Origin: Candidatus Omnitrophota bacterium
GTDB lineage: Bacteria > Omnitrophota > Gorgyraeia > B26-G9
Assembly (NCBI GenBank): GCA_023819605.1
Contig: JAMWCB010000001.1
Span: forward strand, 1 to 41,555
Length of the DNA: 41,555 nt
Reading direction: 5' to 3'
Shown here: positions 33,897-41,555 of the stretch, piece after piece
Layout: every line of letters begins with the position of its first letter
Position numbering within the stretch: position 1 is the stretch's first letter
Made by a program: the position numbers and the translations under genes
Notes under the pieces: model-generated
What the model saw: only the letters and a program-made list of their open reading frames with translations
Database searches by the model: none
Told to the model about the DNA's origin: nothing

Positions 33897-35275
33897 TCCT
33901 TTGGGATGATATTTTTTTCCAAAAGTCGAGCCCCAATATAATCGGCTATTTCCTGGTATCCTGTTTCGTTCGGATGCCCGTCATAGCGAAAAAAATACGC
34001 GGTTTTATCCGGCAGCCGCCGAAAATGCTCGATCAATTCAATATACACTAACGCATGCGCCGCGGCAATCGACCGATAAATTTCGCCGATCCGGTTATTT
34101 TTCTCAAGGTACTCGGCCAGCACACTATCACTCGGATTGCGCATAACCAGATGTCCGATAAAAAAATTGTCCGGTATATTGACAAACACCAGCCGCGCGC
34201 CGTGCGTATCGCACATTTTTTTCATTTCCTGAAAATCCTGATCCATCGTTCGCGCAGCCCATTGAGTGGCTGGATGGCGCAGGTCATTAAAAATCATTTC
34301 ATGCAGCGGAAAATCCATGTAATAGCTCAATAACGCGGGGTTTAAATTCCCGCCGCGGAATAACTCCTGCACGGAACTATCCCAGGTCGAAAAATTAATC
34401 CGCTGCAAATCGTTAAACGCGTTGATGCGCGCTGTTGCCTGCCGTTTCCAGATTAATTGCACTTCGACCGGCCGCGACATATTTTGTTTCAGGCGCGACA
34501 TAACGTTTTTAAACGAAGCCGCCAGATAAAGACGCGCCGCCGCATGTGCTTTTCCGGATAGAGTATTCCAAAAACTGCCGTTCGGGTTCGGGTGGCGCGC
34601 GCGGTAGTTATCTTCATACAGCTGTACCAAATCATCCCCCTCCAATACCCCCACCAAAACCAAATCCGGCTTCAGCAGCGGCACCGCTTTTGCGATTATT
34701 TTCTTATACGTTGCCGTGCACTGGCCCGGCTGCCCCAGATTCAAAACCTCGATATTTTTATAGCCTCTGCCCGCTAAATATGTTTCTAATTTTTTCGGCC
34801 ACGAATTTTCAACGCTCACTCCCCAACCGAACGTAAAAGAATCGCCCACGCATACCACGCGGAATTTACCGCCTTTGTCCACCGCTACCGCCCGGTCACG
34901 GAACCCCAAACTATTAATCTCCGCGGTAAAATCGAATTCCGTCGTATGATAGCGGACGCGCGTTTGCGGCTGAAAAATAAGGCCTTCGCCTGCCCGCGGA
35001 ACCGGCACCACCCGGTCGATCACCACCAAAACCGCAAAAAAAATCCCGGCATACGCGCAGGCCAGCAAAATGTTATTGACGCGTTCGCTGGTCTTATTTT
35101 TCATCACCAGCACGATACTCAACGCGCCGGCGATGCAGACCGCCCAATAAAAAAAATGCAACGTCGCTGACGCAAACGCCGGCGTCGATGCGTACAAGGC
35201 GTAAAAGCTTACCGGATTCCAAAACAGCAACGCCAGCGCGATAAAAAACGCATAAATCCTATTCTTTGCAGTCAT
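33893..35275 (-). CDS. Membrane-anchored SGNH/GDSL-type hydrolase-family protein
   Basis: 460 aa. N-terminal TM segments, then block I FRVVCVGDSFTFGWGV (GDS-type serine). Later motifs LNLGQPGQ and HPNETGY (possible block V D-x-x-H variant YDGHPN). Confidence 0.7.
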   Translation of the reverse strand: MTAKNRIYAFFIALALLFWNPVSFYALYASTPAFASATLHFFYWAVCIAGALSIVLVMKNKTSERVNNILLACAYAGIFFAVLVVIDRVVPVPRAGEGLIFQPQTRVRYHTTEFDFTAEINSLGFRDRAVAVDKGGKFRVVCVGDSFTFGWGVSVENSWPKKLETYLAGRGYKNIEVLNLGQPGQCTATYKKIIAKAVPLLKPDLVLVGVLEGDDLVQLYEDNYRARHPNPNGSFWNTLSGKAHAAARLYLAASFKNVMSRLKQNMSRPVEVQLIWKRQATARINAFNDLQRINFSTWDSSVQELFRGGNLNPALLSYYMDFPLHEMIFNDLRHPATQWAARTMDQDFQEMKKMCDTHGARLVFVNIPDNFFIGHLVMRNPSDSVLAEYLEKNNRIGEIYRSIAAAHALVYIELIEHFRRLPDKTAYFFRYDGHPNETGYQEIADYIGARLLEKNIIPKE

Positions 35276-35277
35276 CG

Positions 35278-37143
35278 TTAATCCGCTTTAAATTTTTCTA
35301 TCCACTTTCCGCGGTTTTGCCAATCCGGCTGCTCGTTTTTTTTCAAAACGAAATTACCCACCACCAGATAATCCATTTCCGTGCGCATAAAACATGCATA
35401 CGCGTCTTCCGGCGTGCACACCACCGGCTCGCCGCGCACATTAAAACTCGTATTAACGAGCAGTCCATAGCCGGTCTGCGCTTTAAACGCGCGCAGCAAT
35501 TGCCAAAAGCGGGCGTTGGTCTGCTGATGCACTGTCTGCACCCGCGCGGAAAAATCCACATGCGTGATTGCCGGCACATCGCTGCGTTGGATATAGAGCT
35601 TTTCCATGATATCCAGCTCCGCGTAGCCTTCCGGCACCGGCTTGCGCCGTGCTTGTCGGAGCGGCGCGACTAAAAGCATATACGGCGAATCCACCGGCAG
35701 ATCAAAAAAATCCTGAGCGTCTTCCGCGAGTACCGCCGGAGCGAACGGCCGGAACCCTTCGCGGTATTTTATTTTTAAATTCATCTTTTTCTGCATTTCC
35801 AAATTTCTTGCGTCGCCCACTATACTGCGGTTTCCCAGCGCCCGCGGCCCATACTCCATCCGCCCCTGGAACCATCCCACCACGTCCCCCGCGGCCAGCC
35901 GGCCGGCGGCGAGTGCGCAGATCTGCGCAAAATCATCGTACCGGGCATAGGCGGCCTTATATTTTTTTAAAACTCTCTCGATTTCTTTATCCGAAAAATC
36001 CGGCCCCAGATACGCGCCCTGCATTAAATCTCCCGCTCCGCTCAACGTGCGCTGATTTTCAAAATAGCCATAGTACGCCATATACGCCGCGCCCAACGCG
36101 CCGCCGGCATCCCCCGCCGCCGGCTGGATAAAAATATCCTTAAAAATATTTTCCTTCACTAAGCGCCCATTCGCAACGCAATTGAGCGCCACACCACCGG
36201 AAAGGCAAAGATTGTCCGCTCCGGTAATTCTTTTCGCTTCCGCCGCCATTTTAAACACAATGTCTTCGGTTACTTTTTGAATCGCGTAGGCTAAATTGCA
36301 GTGCTTTTGCTCGATCCTGCCGTCCCCGGCCACCGCCGGCATGCCAAAGAGCTTTTCCCATTTTTTTTCAACTACCATTGTTAAACCCGTCGCGTAATTA
36401 AAATACTCCTGATTGAGCCAAATCGATCCGTCATCTTTAATGGAAACCAGCTGGTCGGTAATTAAGCGGATAAACTCTTTTGTCTGCGGCGCGGCGGGAT
36501 TGCCGTACGGCGCCAGTCCCATCAATTTATATTCGCCGGAATTGACGCGAAACCCCAAGTAATACGTAAATGCCGAATAGAGCAAGCCCACCGAATGCGG
36601 AAACCGCATTTCCTTGCGCATGGTTATCCGCGACCCCTGCCCCTGACAAATCGACGCCGTCGCCCACTCCCCGACCCCGTCGATCGACAATATCGCCGCT
36701 TCCGCGTACGGCGACGGATAAAACGCGCTTGCCGCATGCGAAAAATGATGCTCGGAAAATAAAAGCCGCAATTTCTTCCGGTCATACGCTTCCACGTCCG
36801 CCAGTCCGTCAGAGAGCATTTTTTTAAAAAAAAGTTTCTCTTTCATCCATACCGGCATGGCACTCAGAAACGAACGCAGCCCGCGCGGCGCAAACGTGTA
36901 ATACGTTTCCAGCAGCCGCTCGAACTTCAACAGCGGTTTATCATAAAAAACCACCGCGTCCAGCTCGTCGATCCGGCAGCCGGAATACTCCAGGCAGTAT
37001 TTGATGGCGTTGACCGGGAAATCCGGGGAATGTTTTTTCCGGGTAAAACGTTCTTCCTGCGCCGCCGCGACCAATGTACCGTCCTGTACCAACGCCGCCG
37101 CCGAATCATGGTAAAACGCCGACACACCCAAAATAGTTTTCAT
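35278..37143 (-). CDS. Carbamoyltransferase (NodU/CmcH family)
   Basis: MKTILGVSAFYHDSAAALVQDGTLVAAAQEERFTRKKH, LCLSGGVALNCVANG, FQGRMEYGPRALGNRSI, NTSFNVRGEPVVCTPEDA. Confidence 0.92.
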   Translation of the reverse strand: MKTILGVSAFYHDSAAALVQDGTLVAAAQEERFTRKKHSPDFPVNAIKYCLEYSGCRIDELDAVVFYDKPLLKFERLLETYYTFAPRGLRSFLSAMPVWMKEKLFFKKMLSDGLADVEAYDRKKLRLLFSEHHFSHAASAFYPSPYAEAAILSIDGVGEWATASICQGQGSRITMRKEMRFPHSVGLLYSAFTYYLGFRVNSGEYKLMGLAPYGNPAAPQTKEFIRLITDQLVSIKDDGSIWLNQEYFNYATGLTMVVEKKWEKLFGMPAVAGDGRIEQKHCNLAYAIQKVTEDIVFKMAAEAKRITGADNLCLSGGVALNCVANGRLVKENIFKDIFIQPAAGDAGGALGAAYMAYYGYFENQRTLSGAGDLMQGAYLGPDFSDKEIERVLKKYKAAYARYDDFAQICALAAGRLAAGDVVGWFQGRMEYGPRALGNRSIVGDARNLEMQKKMNLKIKYREGFRPFAPAVLAEDAQDFFDLPVDSPYMLLVAPLRQARRKPVPEGYAELDIMEKLYIQRSDVPAITHVDFSARVQTVHQQTNARFWQLLRAFKAQTGYGLLVNTSFNVRGEPVVCTPEDAYACFMRTEMDYLVVGNFVLKKNEQPDWQNRGKWIEKFKAD

Positions 37144-37310
37144 AGGAGCCTGATTAAAATTTGGCTTAATTTTGATTTTTGAGGTCTGCCCCCAAAACGC
37201 CCTTTTAACTTATAAGGTTTAAATATTTTATCACGCTGTTAGTCAGTCAAACAAGTTAAATAGCGCCCGGAGAAGATTGCTCGAAAAGATTATTTGCGAA
37301 GTCTATACGA

Positions 37311-40300
37311 TCAGTAAAAAAGAAACCTGTTCAAAGCAGAAATCAATGGCTGTAACAATACCCGCACACCTGCGCGCAGACGCGGGCGCTCCGTAATATA
37401 ATCGGATAGGGAAGGACTGAAGGCATAGTAATAAGTTACCATGGTTTTGCCCGCCGCGGTTTTCAGCAGCCAGCGATCGCGGAATCGGCATAAAACGATA
37501 ACTTCCGCGGCCAGGGGCGAGCCAAAAGCGGCCGTGGCGATAAAACAGCCGCCTCCCCCGCTGCCGCTGTTACTGCCGGCGGGATCCGGCGGTGGAGAAT
37601 TTTCGCTAACCGGCGCGGTTACGGTTATCGAAATACTTTTATGCCGGATAGTCGCGGCGGCATCGGTGATCGCGCAGCCGACCGAATAGACACCGGCCGA
37701 GGGAAAAAGATGTAACGGATTTTGTTCAGCGCTCGAGGAGCCGTCTGAAAAATCCCACGCGAACGTGTACGGGGGAATGCCGCCCTGCGTCGCGGCGTTA
37801 AAGGATACCCTCAACGGTGCGGCGCCCTGTTGATGATCACTGGAAATATACGCTAAAAAAGGAGCGGTGCCGAGCTGCAAAGCGGTATAGTTACTATGCG
37901 GTATATATACTTCCCGATAGGCTTGCAGGCTTTCCGCCGGAGGCTGCGGTACTGTGTACGCCGCGCTCGTCAGCTCCGAAGACAGCGCCACCGCCTGCCA
38001 GCCTGTGTACTCGTTATACGCGTAAAGCGCTACCGTTGCAGCGTCCAGTGAAGACGGAAACGGAATGCGCAGCATCACCGGCTGATCAAAAACGATGCGC
38101 GGCTGCACGGTGAACGGTGTGCCGATCGGATATGCGATATTCAGTTCCGGAACCGCACCCGCGGCGGTTGTATCGAAACGCGGCGCAATCGATTCCGCCG
38201 CGCTATACACAAGCTGGACGCCGCTGAGCGACCCAGTTGAAACAGTCAGCGTTGTCTGCGCGCCGGAATTTAACTGCGTCACCGCTGGTGATGTCAAGCG
38301 CGCAGATTGTGCCTCCGCGCTGGTTTGAATCTGAAACGTATACGGGTCGGACGTAAAATTCTGCCCGGTACTATCCTGAGCGGTTACGCGATATTCGACG
38401 ACACTCTCATAATCAAACATAACGCGATAGCGGCCGCCGGCCGGCGCGCCGACGATTGGTTCCGCCACCACGATGGAATTTTCCGTATTATCGATAATTT
38501 TATACACCGCCGCCTGCGCGGTATTGGGATTGAGATACATACCGCTGAGCGTATGCGGGATAAATCCCGCGGCAGCGTCATACAGTTCATTGCCGCCGAT
38601 CTGGCTGACGCGGCCGGTCGGCAAATAATACATATACCAGTAATCGTCGATCTGCCCAATTCCGGCCGGACGGCAGTTAAGCACTCCTCCCGCAAAAGAA
38701 ATACCGTTAATAGTAACTTCACAGTGTATCGTGCTTTCACGCACCCCGCGGTGCGCCCGCAACCGGCCGAGGATAACCATATCCTGGGGCACATAACGAT
38801 TGCGCTCGGATAGTCTGCACGCAGGATAACAGAGCGTATAGTCAAGACTGATTACCGGGGAAGACTGCGCCCCCGGGCCGTTAATCGGCGCTACCCTGGC
38901 CACGGCATACGTTTCAGTGACGGGATTTATACCGCGCATTCCCGTCCAAACGAACGTCCACTGCCACCCGTCCGCGGCCGGAAATAATTCGGGCAGTTGG
39001 GCGCCTGCTGCCGGCGCATAGTCCTGCAGTTGGCCGGTTATCGACGAGCCGTCGGCACGGCGGGCAACGCACTTGACTATTCCGATTCCCGGCGCGAACC
39101 AGCGTTCAAGAGAAACTATATCCGGATGCGGGGAATACCCCGGTTCGAATTCCTGCCGGGTTTTTACGCTCGCCGCAAACGTGCCGGCCGGAACCGATAC
39201 TTCCCCCTCTTCGGCGCTGAGCGCATAATGTTTACCGGCGAACTGCTGCGAAAAAGGAACCGGCAGTTTCAGCAAATACTCGCCGTTATCCGCGTACATT
39301 AACCCGAGTGCCGTCCATGCCGCGCCGGAAATCAGTGCGCCGCAGGACTCGACGGCGGAATACGCGTCCTTAAACACCGCGCTGCAACCTGTCGCGCCGG
39401 TTGTAGAATTCGTGATCTCCAGGACAACCCCCTGCCCCCACGCCATCTGCGGATATGGCCAGACAATCAACAGGACTTCACGTGCCGCGGCATGGTGCGC
39501 ACTGTCCGTAACCTGGCAGGAAAAACTGTAGATACCGGACGAAACCGGAACCCCGGACAATGTCACGGAAGCAGCGTCGAAATAAATTCCGGGAGGCAAT
39601 CCGCCGCTTATCTGCCAGGAATACGGCGGCTGTCCGCCAGTTGCCTGCAAAACCTGCGAATACGCGGCCGTTAGATGAGCATCGGCCGCAACGGTCGTGG
39701 TAATCTGCAGAGCCGGATCAACAATTAATTGCACCGCGGCTGTCCGGCTAAGCGCTCCGCTGGTGCCGCTGAGCGTCAGCGTATATGTCCCGGGAGTTAA
39801 ATCCGGCGAACCGGCCGCGGAAAGCTCGGCGGTAGTTCCCGGTAAAATAAACGCGGGATACACTAATCCCACTGCACCGTTTACCGGCTGGGGCGAAACC
39901 GCAACGGAAAGGTTTATCGCCGCATTAAACCCGTTTTCTCCGGAAACGGAAATGGTATACCGCGCTGTTTCTCCGGCAAAAATTGTCTGAGCCGCGGGCA
40001 CCGGCGCCGGTGTAAAAGAAAAAGCCGGCAGCACGGTGCGGAAACTGGTCTCCGCCGAATAATCCGACCAGGCGCCGCGCGCATCGGCATAGCGCGCCCG
40101 CCAATAATAGTTTTTCCCATCCTCTAATACACCGGCGGGAACCGGCAGAATCGTTAAATTGACACCATTGAATGTTTGTGAATACCGTGGCGCACTGTAA
40201 TCGTTCGAAACGACGCTTATTTGCCACTGCGTTTGCGCATGCGCGTCGTTGTCCGGATCCCGAAAATCCGAAACCAGCAACTCCACGGATAAGCTGTCGA

Positions 40301-41099
40301 CAATCATGGCGTCATCAGGATATAAATGTATCGGCGAATTTGGCGGGGTATTGACTGAACTGATTGCTTTGGAAGTAAAACTGGTTTGCCGCGAATACTC
40401 CGACCAGGCGCCATGTTCGTCGGCGTAACGCACGCGCCAATAATAAGTAGTTGAATACTGCAAAATACCGATCGGAACGGTTAATGACGTCAGATTTGTG
40501 CCGCTAAACGTCTGCGAGTAAACCGGGCTTGCATAATTGCCCGCGACGGTGGTAATCTGCCACTGGGTTTGCGCGTGCGTATCGTTATCGATATCGATAA
40601 AATTATTCGCCCGTAACGTTACCGGCAAGGGAACCTCCGGCATTCCATCATTGGGATACACATTATACGGCTTATTCGGAACGGTGTTTGCCGGACGGGT
40701 GGAAAAACTCGTCTCTCCGGAATAATCCGACCAGGCGCCGCGATTATCCGCATACCGTAGCCGCCAATAATATGTTTGGGATGGTTGCAAAATTCCGGCA
40801 GGAATAGTCAGGGTTGTTAAATTACTACCAGTGAAGATTTGAGAATAAACAGGGGAAGTTGCATAAGTACCGGTCGAAGAGCGGATTTGCCATTGCGTCT
40901 GATAATGCGTATCGCCATCCTGGTCAAAAAACGGCGAACCAATAAGCTGTTCCTGTAAAGAATATCCACCGGTATCATGATCCGGGTATATGTTTCCCGG
41001 AAATTCCGGCGGAGTATTGGTCTGGGCGATTACGTAATTGCATTCGCCAACTGCGCCGATAATCATGAACAGTGCATACAGAAAATTAATAATGCGCAT
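37311..41099 (-). CDS. Large secreted/surface protein (1262 aa): three FN3-like tandem repeats, Ig-like and PKD domains, CFIATAA-type C-terminal domain
   Basis: Start set at ATG 41099 (MRIINFLYALFMIIGAVGECNYVIAQ, signal-like), because the track start 41159 lies inside the upstream terminator hairpin. Three ~108-aa repeats occupy ORF aa 48-375. A putative Ig domain follows (LQATGGQPPYSWQISGGLPPGI...SGIYSFSCQVTDS), then a PKD-like domain (PPYTFAWDFSDGSSSAEQNPLHLFPSAGVYSVGCAITD). The C-terminus reads GSGGGGCFIATAAFGSPLAAEV... Confidence 0.8.
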   Translation of the reverse strand: MRIINFLYALFMIIGAVGECNYVIAQTNTPPEFPGNIYPDHDTGGYSLQEQLIGSPFFDQDGDTHYQTQWQIRSSTGTYATSPVYSQIFTGSNLTTLTIPAGILQPSQTYYWRLRYADNRGAWSDYSGETSFSTRPANTVPNKPYNVYPNDGMPEVPLPVTLRANNFIDIDNDTHAQTQWQITTVAGNYASPVYSQTFSGTNLTSLTVPIGILQYSTTYYWRVRYADEHGAWSEYSRQTSFTSKAISSVNTPPNSPIHLYPDDAMIVDSLSVELLVSDFRDPDNDAHAQTQWQISVVSNDYSAPRYSQTFNGVNLTILPVPAGVLEDGKNYYWRARYADARGAWSDYSAETSFRTVLPAFSFTPAPVPAAQTIFAGETARYTISVSGENGFNAAINLSVAVSPQPVNGAVGLVYPAFILPGTTAELSAAGSPDLTPGTYTLTLSGTSGALSRTAAVQLIVDPALQITTTVAADAHLTAAYSQVLQATGGQPPYSWQISGGLPPGIYFDAASVTLSGVPVSSGIYSFSCQVTDSAHHAAAREVLLIVWPYPQMAWGQGVVLEITNSTTGATGCSAVFKDAYSAVESCGALISGAAWTALGLMYADNGEYLLKLPVPFSQQFAGKHYALSAEEGEVSVPAGTFAASVKTRQEFEPGYSPHPDIVSLERWFAPGIGIVKCVARRADGSSITGQLQDYAPAAGAQLPELFPAADGWQWTFVWTGMRGINPVTETYAVARVAPINGPGAQSSPVISLDYTLCYPACRLSERNRYVPQDMVILGRLRAHRGVRESTIHCEVTINGISFAGGVLNCRPAGIGQIDDYWYMYYLPTGRVSQIGGNELYDAAAGFIPHTLSGMYLNPNTAQAAVYKIIDNTENSIVVAEPIVGAPAGGRYRVMFDYESVVEYRVTAQDSTGQNFTSDPYTFQIQTSAEAQSARLTSPAVTQLNSGAQTTLTVSTGSLSGVQLVYSAAESIAPRFDTTAAGAVPELNIAYPIGTPFTVQPRIVFDQPVMLRIPFPSSLDAATVALYAYNEYTGWQAVALSSELTSAAYTVPQPPAESLQAYREVYIPHSNYTALQLGTAPFLAYISSDHQQGAAPLRVSFNAATQGGIPPYTFAWDFSDGSSSAEQNPLHLFPSAGVYSVGCAITDAAATIRHKSISITVTAPVSENSPPPDPAGSNSGSGGGGCFIATAAFGSPLAAEVIVLCRFRDRWLLKTAAGKTMVTYYYAFSPSLSDYITERPRLRAGVRVLLQPLISALNRFLFY
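40035..41018 (-). repeat. Three in-frame tandem ~108-codon repeats inside the surface-protein gene
   Basis: The repeat signature D.D.D.H.QTQWQI....G.Y..P.YSQ.F.G.NLT.L..P.G.L....TYYWR.RYAD..GAWS.YS..TSF occurs three times in the translation. Confidence 0.85.
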
Positions 41100-41129
41100 A
41101 TTTTTACCAGCTTGGTGATCGTGCCTCTG

Positions 41130-41171
41130 AAAAAAAAACAGGCCACAAGGCATTCCCATCCCTGTGGCCTG
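41130..41171 (-). terminator. Rho-independent terminator (minus strand)
   Basis: Minus strand: CAGGCCACAGG-GATGGGAATG-CCTTGTGGCCTG (9-11-bp stem, one bulge) followed by a T9 run (41131-39). Confidence 0.8.
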
Positions 41172-41188
41172 GTAGTTACGCCGGTTAT

Positions 41189-41555
41189 TTAAATAGACAT
41201 TTCGTACATCTGTTCACGCACCGCCGATTCTTTTTGCGGAAGTACGCGGATCATCGCTGCGGTAAGAGACGGTGCCGCGGTCTCTGTCGCCGTTTGCGCA
41301 ATTTTACTAACACCGGGTGCAATTTTTCCCCGGCGCGCTTTGTCATCGAGCATCCGCCGGGCAATTCCTTGTCCCTCCGGTGAATCCGGCGTATGCAGAA
41401 CAGCAATTTTCGCGGACGGCGCTCGCGCGGCTATCTGCGAATTTACCGGCTGCTTCCCTTTCGATTTACCGGCTGATTTCTGCGCAGGCGCAGAAGCTTG
41501 CACCACGCGCACAGAGTCGAGATCATTATTTCGAGAAACAACCGGCGCCACAGTG
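41189..41555 (-). CDS. Hypothetical protein, probably partial (reading frame open to the window end)
   Basis: The track start 41551 is a GTG, and the frame remains open to nt 41555, so the true start may lie outside the window. It is an Ala/Ser/Pro/Lys-rich sequence ending ...LPQKESAVREQMYEMSI and is followed by a strong terminator. No family recognised. Confidence 0.35.
   Translation of the reverse strand, partial: TVAPVVSRNNDLDSVRVVQASAPAQKSAGKSKGKQPVNSQIAARAPSAKIAVLHTPDSPEGQGIARRMLDDKARRGKIAPGVSKIAQTATETAAPSLTAAMIRVLPQKESAVREQMYEMSI

Noticed and set aside
1-41555. CRISPR arrays, tRNA/rRNA genes, or known defence systems (restriction-modification, toxin-antitoxin, CBASS, retron-type)
   Set aside because: No array of three or more regularly spaced repeats was found; every direct repeat seen has only two copies. 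No cloverleaf-like sequences occur in the intergenic regions. No cas, reverse-transcriptase, DNA-methyltransferase or toxin-like genes were recognised. The only methyltransferases are CheR-type protein methyltransferases.

Overview
This is a 41.5-kb, moderately GC-rich bacterial chromosomal segment. It is transcribed almost entirely on the minus strand; only a nitroreductase-folE pair is on the plus strand. I call 37 protein-coding genes. Two are cut by the window edges, and one 51-aa gene is missing from the ORF track. I found no rRNA, tRNA, CRISPR array or intact mobile element. Housekeeping blocks are ileS / dksA-like / lspA / rluD, yggS-proC, uvrA, wecB, folE, cutA and exbB-exbD. Unusual content: (i) A six-gene operon whose start and stop codons overlap at every junction. 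It encodes CheC, two ComFB-CheR fusion methyltransferases, a membrane-anchored staphylococcal-type nuclease, a CPA2 antiporter fused to a PTS EIIA type-2 domain, and a SagB-type nitroreductase. No cheA/W/Y/B lies anywhere in the window. This is my best candidate for an undescribed system. (ii) Two histidine kinases plus a REC-GAF-GGDEF regulator, spliced onto yggS-proC. (iii) hdrA-mvhD-tusA followed directly by a sensor-less chemoreceptor. (iv) An apparently inactivated IS200/RayT-like Y1 domain, joined by a TM helix to an extracytoplasmic domain and coupled to two secreted proteins. (v) A carbamoyltransferase / SGNH / DUF5989 / SxtJ cassette next to a 1262-aa repeat-rich surface protein. (vi) Several dispersed intergenic repeats, including a ~150-bp inverted pair bracketing 7 kb and a hairpin-plus-(-35) cassette present twice. 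All calls rest on by-eye motif recognition in the supplied translations and sequence. No searches or computations were run. The ORF track prints M for GTG/TTG starts, so several starts were re-evaluated by hand.
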